64,000 bases of DNA, taken from contig CP136572.1 of assembly GCA_035193785.1 (NCBI GenBank), forward strand, positions 1,120,001 through 1,184,000, in the 5' to 3' direction. Both the position numbers and the translations under genes were made by a program. This document shows positions 55,769 through 64,000 of the stretch, piece after piece. A model generated the notes under the pieces. That model searched no databases. It saw only the letters and a program-made list of their open reading frames with translations, and was not told the DNA's origin. This DNA comes from Planktothrix sp. GU0601_MAG3 (GTDB taxonomy: Bacteria; Cyanobacteriota; Cyanobacteriia; Cyanobacteriales; Microcoleaceae). The stretch's first letter is position 1; every line of letters starts with the position of its first letter.

Positions 55769-56663
55769 TTAACGCATAAATTCAGAAGCAACAATCATCG
55801 TGCCTATCCCCGAATCAGTGAAGACTTCTTGCAATAAAGCATGGGGAACACGACCATCTAAAATATGAGCCGCCCGCACACCTTGGGCTAAACTTCTGAC
55901 ACAACAATTGACTTTAGGAATCATCCCCCCGGAAACAATTCCTTGTTCAATTAATTGTCTGGCTTCCTGAATATTAACTTGGGCAATTAAGGTATCAGGA
56001 TTATGATAATCCTCTAAAATTCCGGCCGTATCGGTTAACAGAATTAACTTTTCAGCACCCAACGCGGCTGCAATTTCCCCAGCGACCGTATCCGCATTCA
56101 TATTATAAGCCTGTCCATCCTCATCCGTTGCCACACTAGAAACTACGGGAATATAACCACTACTGACCAAAGACTCCAAAAGTTTAGTATTCACACTACT
56201 GACTTCTCCCACAAAGCCGATATCCGCCTGACCTTCAGGACGAGCTTTAATTAAGTTGGCATCCTTACCACATAGGCCAACGGCTTCCCCTCCAGCCTGG
56301 TTAATCAAAGAGACAATTTCCTTATTCACCCGACCCACTAACACCATTTCCACCACATCCATCGTTGCTGCATCGGTAACTCGCAACCCATTTTTAAATT
56401 GAGGTTTCAATTCCCAATTTAATCAACCAACTATTAATTTCTGGGCCACCGCCATGAACCACCACCACCCGAATTCCGACAAAAGATAGTAAAACAATAT
56501 CCTGCATCACCTTATCTTTGAGGCTACTGTCTTTCATCGCGGCCCCCCCATATTTTACGACAATCGTGCGATTAGAAAACTTTTGAATATAGGGGAGAGC
56601 TTCATTCAGAATTTTAGCGCGAACTGCTGTATCTGTTTGGTCAAAATCGCTATGTTTAAGCAT
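55769..56663 (-). CDS. argB: Acetylglutamate kinase (frameshift at GTTTC 56404-56408)
   Basis: [38 protein letters not shown]. Confidence 0.96.
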
Positions 56664-56742
56664 ATAAGTTTCGGTGAGAGTGTGTAGAAGCGAGTTCCGT
56701 GAGATCTTTGTGAACTAACCCAAGTCTCCACCAAACCCGCCC

Positions 56743-57282
56743 CTAAGATTTTAGTTGATTTGAGGTTTCCAGAAATGCCCACCAGCGATTAAGCGGCAGA
56801 TAGATGACAGGAGTCCACAAACTACTCAAAATTGCTGTGGACAGTGCTGCCCGTTGTTGATATCGGAATAATTCATCTAAAGCCGAATAGCTAAAACTGT
56901 TCAATTGAAAACCTCGGATAGCTTCCACTAAAATCGCCATCCCAAAAACCATCACAGCAACGGAAATAAAATCCTCTTGAATTTTTTTAATAATTCGTTT
57001 ATAAATCACTACGGTTAAAACACTAACAATCACCAAGGAAAGAATATGGGAAGGAGAAGAAACTGTTAATCCATCTAAAATCAACCCACAGCATAAACCC
57101 CCGACTATAGCCTGTAAAAAAGAGCGTTTAATACTCCAAGTCACCAGCCAAATTAATACCCAATTCGGGGTAATTCCAAACAGTTCCAACCCGGGAATCC
57201 GAAGCAAAGATAACCAAATACAAACCATTAAAGAAATAATGGTAATCATCAAATTTAAAACTTGATAAGGCTTAAAAAACAT
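56743..57282 (-). CDS. mreD: Rod shape-determining protein MreD
   Basis: Hydrophobic; PNWVLIWLVTWS…GLILDGL; follows mreC. Confidence 0.88.
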   Translation of the reverse strand: MFFKPYQVLNLMITIISLMVCIWLSLLRIPGLELFGITPNWVLIWLVTWSIKRSFLQAIVGGLCCGLILDGLTVSSPSHILSLVIVSVLTVVIYKRIIKKIQEDFISVAVMVFGMAILVEAIRGFQLNSFSYSALDELFRYQQRAALSTAILSSLWTPVIYLPLNRWWAFLETSNQLKS

Positions 57283-57317
57283 AATTAATCAGTTATCAGT
57301 AATCAGTGTAAGAGCAA

Positions 57318-58091
57318 TTAATTATCAACTACTGATTTTTGATTCGGATAAATAATCACCCATTCCAGAGAAGAAATAGAGGCAAAAAACTCAACAACTG
57401 CTTCGGGAGATGGGGCTTTATTCATATCTACAGAAACAACTCTACCAATGGGCAAACCTTCAGGGACAAGCTGGCTATAACTAGAAGTAACAACCACATC
57501 CCCCACCTTGACTTTAGGATCACTTTCAAAAAATTCCATGATCCCTTGTTCGGTCGAATTTCCCTTGAGAAATCCCATATTGCGACTGCGACTAATTGTT
57601 ACCCCAATGCGACTGCTCGGATCACTCAAAAGCATCACTTTACTGGTACTGGGTGTCACACTAATCACCCTTCCAATTAATCCACCGGGGCCCACCACTA
57701 AATCCTGATTCCGAACCCCCTGCTGACTCCCACGACCAATAATAATTTGTTTCCACCAGAAATCGGCACCGCGACCAATCACAGGGGCGACAATTCCCTT
57801 ACCCTGTTTTTTAGCAGAAACATAATTCAAAATATCCTGAAGCTTTTGATTTTGGTTTTTCAGTTCTTGAATTTGAGCTTCTAACTGATTAATTCGAGGA
57901 TCAATTTGTCGAACAATTTTTTCCTGTTCCGTTATGGTTGATGCCGATAAATGAAACGGACGAGTCACCCAATAGTACATTTCATATAAAGCAGCCCCTT
58001 GAGTTTGTCGCACTAACAAAGCCGTTAAAATTGCCAAACCCAGTAAAAAAAATTGATTCCGACTGCGACTCCACCAACTGCGTGTTTGCAT
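57318..58091 (-). CDS. mreC: Rod shape-determining protein MreC
   Basis: TM + coiled coil; VIGR…WWKQIIIGRGS…GGLIGRV…GDVVVTS…PEGLPIGRV. Confidence 0.92.
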   Translation of the reverse strand: MQTRSWWSRSRNQFFLLGLAILTALLVRQTQGAALYEMYYWVTRPFHLSASTITEQEKIVRQIDPRINQLEAQIQELKNQNQKLQDILNYVSAKKQGKGIVAPVIGRGADFWWKQIIIGRGSQQGVRNQDLVVGPGGLIGRVISVTPSTSKVMLLSDPSSRIGVTISRSRNMGFLKGNSTEQGIMEFFESDPKVKVGDVVVTSSYSQLVPEGLPIGRVVSVDMNKAPSPEAVVEFFASISSLEWVIIYPNQKSVVDN

Positions 58092-58182
58092 ACCGATTAA
58101 AATTAACGGTGAAAATAATTGATAATTGATAATTATTTTTTTCAGAGTCAATTATCAATTACCAATTATCGATTATCAATTG

Positions 58183-59223
58183 TTACAGATTTCTGGAACC
58201 CCCAGTAAAAACCCGTTCCAACTGTTTGAAATTTTCTAATACCCGACCTGTACCCAACACCACACAACACAGGGGGTCAGCCGCAATATGGGTAATAATT
58301 CCGGTTTCGTGGCTAATTAAGGCATCAATGCCCTTGAGTAAGGCTCCTCCACCCGCCAACATAATACCCCGGTCAATGATATCCGCCGCCAATTCTGGGG
58401 GAGTACGTTCTAAAGTGCGTTTGACCGAATCAATAATAACTGATAAAGGTTCAGCCATACTTTCGCGCACTTCCGGGGATTTAATGGTTACGGTACGAGG
58501 CAAACCTGATAATAAATGAATCCCTCGCACCTCCATAATCATTTCATCATCGGCGGCGGGGTTGGGATAGGCGGAACCCATCCTAATTTTAATATCTTCA
58601 GCCGTTTGTTCTCCAATCACTAAGTTATGAACTTTTTTCATATACAAAATGATGGCATCGTTGAGTTCATCTCCCGCCACCCGCACAGACTCGCTCAAAA
58701 CCGTTCCCTGTAAACTCAAAACGGCGACTTCCGTTGTTCCGCCCCCAATATCCACAATCATATTTCCCGTCGCTTCAGAAACGGGTAAACCCGCACCAAT
58801 GGCCGCGGCCACCGGTTCATCAATTAGTCGGACGTCCCGCGCCCCCGCCTGAGAAGCCGCTTCAATCACCGCCCGGCGTTCTACTCCGGTGACTCCACTG
58901 GGAATCCCAATCACAATTCGAGGCGCGATTAGGGTTTTACCCTCATTCACCCGCCGAATAAAATGTTTGAGCATTTGTTCGGCTGCATCAAAGTCCGCAA
59001 TTACCCCATCCCGCAGGGGTCTTACCACCACTACATTTTCTGGAGTGCGGCCTAACATTTTTTTGGCTTCCTCTCCCACCGCCAACGGGACTTTTTCTAG
59101 TTTGTCAATGGCAACCACCGAGGGTTCTTGTAGTACAATGCCCTTACCCGATACATAAATCAATGTGTTAGCAGTTCCTAGGTCAATGCCCATGTCCTGC
59201 GAAAAACGACTAAAAAGACCCAC
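58183..59223 (-). CDS. mreB: Actin-like rod shape-determining protein MreB
   Basis: MGIDLGTANT, EPSVVA, DIGGGTTE, AGGGALL; probable GTG start at 59223. Confidence 0.97.
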   Translation of the reverse strand: MGLFSRFSQDMGIDLGTANTLIYVSGKGIVLQEPSVVAIDKLEKVPLAVGEEAKKMLGRTPENVVVVRPLRDGVIADFDAAEQMLKHFIRRVNEGKTLIAPRIVIGIPSGVTGVERRAVIEAASQAGARDVRLIDEPVAAAIGAGLPVSEATGNMIVDIGGGTTEVAVLSLQGTVLSESVRVAGDELNDAIILYMKKVHNLVIGEQTAEDIKIRMGSAYPNPAADDEMIMEVRGIHLLSGLPRTVTIKSPEVRESMAEPLSVIIDSVKRTLERTPPELAADIIDRGIMLAGGGALLKGIDALISHETGIITHIAADPLCCVVLGTGRVLENFKQLERVFTGGSRNL

Positions 59224-59525
59224 TATTCTTTCCCTATAAAAAATTAACAGCAATCCTTTCGGAGTATCCGTAAGGGCGACCAACCGATGAGAATTGTATT
59301 ATGTTTTGGGTTGTGCGTCCAGTCATCACTATTTCAGAATGCTGAGAACTGCAACCCCAAATTATTCAGTATCGGTTTCCGGGATCATACTTTTAGTTCG
59401 TCGGGTAGAAGACCGGATCAGGGTTAAGCTGTACTGCATCTATGAATTGCGATCGGGAAATTGCCCGGTTCTTGTGGGAGTGGGGACACTCCCTAGAATA
59501 TAACGTTTAAATGCAGTACGGCGAA

Positions 59526-60642
59526 TCAACCAATACCTTCAATAATCGGATGGAAGTAAAACGCAATACCCAAAACCGTATAAGCAGCCAAGAGTAAAAC
59601 CCCCTCCAACCAATCGGAAACGGCCATCGGAACTTACGGAGTTAGCAATTAACACAGACACAGCAACGGCGATTAATTCAAAGGGGTTAAAATTCAAATC
59701 CATCGGTTTGCCTAATATCCATCCGGTTAGGACTAATGCGGGGGCTACAAATAAAGCAATTTGTAAACTCGAACCTAAAGCGACGGATACGGATAAGTCC
59801 ATTTTATTTTTCATCGCTACGGTAACGGCGGTGGCGTGTTCGGCGGCATTCCCAATAATCGGAACTAAAATCACCCCGGTAAATAGTGCCGTCAGTCCTA
59901 GGCTGGAGGTCGCTTCTTCCAGGGTATCAACTAATAGTTCGGACTCGAAGGCGACTGTAATTGTAGCCAAAAACAAAACCCCAATCCACAGTTTCAAATT
60001 CACCTTTTCTGCCTCATGTCCGGCTTCTTCTTGGGTGATTTCGCCGTCTTCATCGTTTTCCGCCACTCCCACGTCATATAAGTAGGAGTGGGTTTTCATG
60101 GAAAATAGCAGGGTAAGAATATATACCGTAATTAAAACTACCGCCACCGCCGCGGACAGGGTTTGCATAACGGATGCTTCAATCCCAATGGAGGTAACAT
60201 CTACTGCCGTTGGCACTAAAATGGCAATTACGGCTAAATTCATGGCGGAGGAATTCAAACGGGCAACCACGGGCTGGAATTTTTGCTCTTTGAAGCGTAA
60301 ACCTCCTAAGAACATGGATAAACCCATGACTAGGAGTAGGTTTCCCATAATTGACCCGACTAAACTGGATTTGACCACATCAATTAGTCCAGCATTGAGG
60401 GCGACAATTCCAATAATTAATTCCGTCGCATTCCCAAAGGTGGCATTTAACAACCCCCCTAAATTGGGGCCCAGGACGACGGCGATTTCTTCGGTCGCAG
60501 TTCCCATCCAACCTGCTAGGGGAATAATCGCTAGGGCGGAGGTGACAAAAACCATGGTTGATCCCCACTCCAAAAAGTGACCGGCGATCGAAATCGGCAC
60601 AAAAATTAACAGGGACGAGAGTATGGTTTTGGTATTCAACAT
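59526..60642 (-). CDS. cax: Ca2+/H+ exchanger (frameshift at GAAAC 59617-59621)
   Basis: [12 protein letters not shown] and GNAAEH alpha repeats; corrected tail [16 protein letters not shown]. Confidence 0.92.
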
Positions 60643-60905
60643 TTCAGTAATCAGTTATTAGTAATCCGTTATCAGTTGTTGGGACGGGTTCATTGAGATT
60701 GAGGTGATTAACCTAGAGCTAACACCCACCCGCATCCATTATCAGTAATCAGTAATCAGTTATTAGCGGTAGAATTTATCATAGAACCTCTTGGCATGAC
60801 AAGACTAGATAAACAAATATTAATTTTTGGAAATGGACTTGCTAGAGCTTATAATTGGAATTACCATCTTTAACAACTGTAAACGGCTAATATTTAACCT
60901 TTAAA

Positions 60906-62369
60906 ATGAACTTTTTTAATAAATTATTGACTGCAATTGAGCAACAAAATAGCTTGCTTTATGTTGCCTTGGAACCCGATCCCGATAGCCATATTTTTGA
61001 AATTGGAAATTGTGGGGGAATTGATGGCGATCGCGTTGATATTATTGAACAATGGCAGGAATGGTTGGGTTTTATTATTCGGGAAACTTCGGAATTTGTC
61101 TGTGCCTATAAACTCTCTTTAGGGTTTTATTTGGGATTGGGGATTCCCGGGTTAAAACTATTAGAAAAAACATTAAAATTGATTCCGCCCCATCTTCCTA
61201 TTATTTTAGATGCTAAATATAGTGATTTGCCTTCGAGTACCGTTTTTGCTCGTTTTGTGTTTGAAGAATTAAAGGTTGGCGCCTGTACCTTAACTCCCTA
61301 TGCTGGATTAGATCAAGTTGCACCTTTTTTAGTTTATCCTGATAAAGCGGTTTTTATTTCCTGTGCCACGGCTAATCCTTCCGCCTCTATTATTCAAGAA
61401 TATCCTCAACCCCAACAACCTTTATATTTAGAATTAGTTAAGGTAGCTCAAACCTGGGGAACTTCCGAACAATTGGGATTATTGGTGGGGATGGTACCGG
61501 ATATGTTAGCCAAAATTCGTCAAGCCGCCCCGGAACAATTTATCTTATTAGAGGGGGATGTGGCCGAAGAAAATGATTTAATGGATGTGGAAGATTTAAC
61601 CCCAATTTTAGATGCTGGATTAAGTTTAAATGGCGATCTATTATTAATACCCATTCCCCCTAAATTATTAGAAAAAGAAACCATCAGAACTGGAATCAAA
61701 CAGTTAAGAGATCAAATTAACACGGAACGACAACAGGTAATTAGAGGAAATCCCACCTGTGATTTATGGTTGCCTGATGTTTGTTTTTTAAGACATCAAC
61801 CCCACCGAGATTTGATTTTACAATTATATGATATTGGCTGTATTATTTTTGGGGATCATGTTCAAGCATCGGGAGAAACTTTCCCCTATTATATTGACCT
61901 GAGACGGATTATTTCCACACCCCAAATTTTTCATCAAATTGTCGGAGCTTATGGAGATATTTTAGAAACCCTAAGTTTTGATCGAATTGCGGGTATCCCC
62001 TATGGTTCTTTACCAACAGCAACGGGGTTATCTTTAAGGTTACAACGTCCGATGATCTTTCCGCGAAAAGAAGTTAAAGCCTATGGGGCGGGGCGATTAA
62101 TTGAAGGGCATTTTCAACCCGGGGAAACTATTGTGGTGGTGGATGATATTTTAATTACGGGCAATAGTGTGATTCAAGGAGCCGAAAAGCTAAAATCTGC
62201 GGGATTAAAGGTTAATGATATTGTGGTTTTAATTGATCATGAACGGGGAGTTAAGGAAAAATTAAAGGTTAATAATTATCAAGCCCATGCGGTATTAACC
62301 CTTTCAGAAATAGCAGAAACCTTATATGAAGCTAACCGAATTACAGAGGAACAGTTTAACTTTTTTTAA
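60906..62369 (+). CDS. Bifunctional orotidine-5'-phosphate decarboxylase / orotate phosphoribosyltransferase (PyrF-PyrE fusion)
   Basis: N-half AYK…ILDAKYSDL; C-half PYYIDLR, RKEVKAYG, VVVDDILITG. Confidence 0.9.
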   Translation: MNFFNKLLTAIEQQNSLLYVALEPDPDSHIFEIGNCGGIDGDRVDIIEQWQEWLGFIIRETSEFVCAYKLSLGFYLGLGIPGLKLLEKTLKLIPPHLPIILDAKYSDLPSSTVFARFVFEELKVGACTLTPYAGLDQVAPFLVYPDKAVFISCATANPSASIIQEYPQPQQPLYLELVKVAQTWGTSEQLGLLVGMVPDMLAKIRQAAPEQFILLEGDVAEENDLMDVEDLTPILDAGLSLNGDLLLIPIPPKLLEKETIRTGIKQLRDQINTERQQVIRGNPTCDLWLPDVCFLRHQPHRDLILQLYDIGCIIFGDHVQASGETFPYYIDLRRIISTPQIFHQIVGAYGDILETLSFDRIAGIPYGSLPTATGLSLRLQRPMIFPRKEVKAYGAGRLIEGHFQPGETIVVVDDILITGNSVIQGAEKLKSAGLKVNDIVVLIDHERGVKEKLKVNNYQAHAVLTLSEIAETLYEANRITEEQFNFF

Positions 62370-62500
62370 AGGCAATAGGCATTTTTAGTTATCAGTTATC
62401 AATTATCAGCCAAGACAAAATAAAAGGGAATGGGCAGCGAGAAATGGAATAAGTCATCAATTAAGGGCTAGATATGCAGGGGCAAATTATTCTGTATTGC

Positions 62501-62893
62501 CTATCTTGACTGGAGTTGTAGAACTTGGCTCACAACTTCCGATAACTTTTGAGCGTCAAAGGGCTTAGTGAGATATTCACTCGCCCCGGCCAGACGGCCT
62601 TGAACCTTATCAAAAGCACCATCCCTTGCCGTTAACATAATAATAGGTAAATTCTGAAACTGGGGAATACTGCGAACGGTGCGACAGAGTTCTAGGCCAT
62701 CAATTCCCGGCATGGCCACATCCAGAAGTAAAACCGAAACAGCCTCATGGTAAATAGTGGATAAAGCGTCTACAGCATTATCAGCAACCAGGACACGATA
62801 TTCCTTCCCCAATGCTTGTTGGATGAGTCCCTGCATGACTCTACTATCATCAACAGCTAAAATAGTGGGTATAAAATTTTGAGATACTGACAT
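62501..62893 (-). CDS. Single-domain CheY-like response regulator
   Basis: LAVDDS, LLDVAMPGIDG, MLT, YLTKPF. Confidence 0.92.
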   Translation of the reverse strand: MSVSQNFIPTILAVDDSRVMQGLIQQALGKEYRVLVADNAVDALSTIYHEAVSVLLLDVAMPGIDGLELCRTVRSIPQFQNLPIIMLTARDGAFDKVQGRLAGASEYLTKPFDAQKLSEVVSQVLQLQSR

Positions 62894-63564
62894 AGTAATT
62901 CATGTTCGGTGGGTCGAGATGCCCTGCTAGGAGTGGTAATCAAGCCGATGAAAAATAAGCCTATTTGCTGGATCACCAAGCCGACTATCTATTACTTTCA
63001 TTATATATCAAAATTATTCTTTCACTTTTATGTCAACAATTCTATACTTTAAGCTGGACAATTATGAAGGAAATTTAATCAGACCTGCCTTGGGTGTTTA
63101 TGATTAATCAAATAGCAAAAAATTTAATAGTTTTGAATCGGACAAATCACTCAAACGTCAGAATACCGCATCACCTGACCGATACCTTCATGGGTGTTAT
63201 TGGTTTTTCCCACGAGAAATGGCACAGAAACTATTTTTCCATCGGGGGCAAAATTTTTTATGTGGGTAAAGATTTTTTGCCTCAGCCCAGATCAAAAGTA
63301 AAAGTGGCTGCAACCTTTGTTAAGATTAAAGCAGATTAAATAGGTTGTGTGAGATCAGGACGTTTGGACAAACAATGTCATACAGCTAAGGCGAGTCAAA
63401 CAAAAGTCGGATGTCGGGTAACAGTTGGGGGGTTGAGGTGTTAAGGTGTTGGGGTGTTAGCGACTAATCCTTGACCCCTCAGTGAATACGAACATCTCAT
63501 ACCCAAAAGCTAAATGCCTGGTTGCTGACATCTAGCCACTCCCTTTGTATGGTGATTACCGATA

Positions 63565-64000
63565 ATGAACGCAAGATTTTTAGGTCAAACCATGTTCAGC
63601 CCAGAGGGCAATAATCTTTCTCAGGTCATCCATAGGTTTGCTGAAATTCCCTTTGATGATTTGACTCACTTAGCGTCCCATCTAGCCCAGACGCCAGTTG
63701 CTTTGATTACTTTTATGGATGAGCGCCATCAGTGGTTGAAGTCTCAGGTGGGTTTGACGGGAAAAATACATCCCTATTTGAATTTCTGCGAATTTATTAT
63801 TGAATTATATTTTCCAGCCGAATTGTTGACCGAGGAGCAAGACGACCGGGATAATCCTGCGAGGCTGAATGGCTCCAACTCTAACTTAAAACCATCCCCG
63901 GAACCGATTATTATTCCTGATACCTGGAATGATCAACGGTTTGCTTCTCAACCCCTAGTTAAACAAGATCCTAAGATTCGGTTTTATTTGGGTATTCCCT
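63565..64000 (+). CDS. GAF-domain sensor protein, N-terminal part (runs off the window)
   Basis: FDDLTHLASHLAQTPVALITFMDERHQWLKSQVG…FC…IIIPDTWNDQRFASQPLV…IRFYLGIP; not in the ORF track because there is no stop in the window. Confidence 0.85.
   Translation, partial: MNARFLGQTMFSPEGNNLSQVIHRFAEIPFDDLTHLASHLAQTPVALITFMDERHQWLKSQVGLTGKIHPYLNFCEFIIELYFPAELLTEEQDDRDNPARLNGSNSNLKPSPEPIIIPDTWNDQRFASQPLVKQDPKIRFYLGIP

Noticed and set aside
2273..59621. Mass pseudogenisation or programmed frameshifting in ~24 genes
   Set aside because: Every break is the same +1 base in GAAC/GTTC regardless of coding strand, including core genes, with no accompanying nonsense decay; this fits a systematic sequencing artefact
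57339..60580. Plus-strand ORFs opposite mreC, mreB and cax (and similar ones opposite gltB, cyaC, FHA and vWA genes)
   Set aside because: Antisense shadows of well-supported genes, with no motifs of their own
1..64000. tRNA, rRNA or known riboswitch genes
   Set aside because: None recognised by eye in the intergenic regions; a covariance-model scan would be needed to exclude them

Overview
A 64 kb chromosomal window from a filamentous cyanobacterium, inferred to be Oscillatoriales and Planktothrix-like from frequent HIP1 GCGATCGC octamers, heptamer tandem repeats, GTAG-type REP palindromes, pentapeptide proteins and cyaC. The left third (3239-23624, all minus strand) is one ~20 kb accessory operon. 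In transcription order it encodes: a VirD4/TraG-like ATPase fragment, three tandem TRAFAC-type GTPases, a GAP1-like membrane protein and a diverged duplicate of its C-terminal cassette, a multi-TM FHA-like protein, an exported vWA protein, three exported proteins sharing one N-terminal domain but with different cell-wall-related C-termini, and a vWA / FHA / pseudokinase-PP2C / two Ser-Thr kinase module. Beside it lie remnants of a MoxR-vWA system broken by IS701 and ISAs1 elements. The rest is mostly housekeeping (tyrA, cyaC, larB/cpmA, ispF, gshB, grxC, recR, gltB, argB, mreBCD, cax, pyrF-pyrE), with a DUF262+HEPN candidate defence pair and a RelE-type TA pair after gltB. All 27 frameshifts I could trace in otherwise intact genes are repaired by removing one base from GAAAC/GTTTC to give GAAC/GTTC. 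They are therefore most likely systematic base-calling errors at a modified 4-mer, which is the known Dnd phosphorothioate motif, rather than true pseudogenes. Split ORFs are reported as joined genes. All family assignments come from motif recognition by eye; no searches were run.
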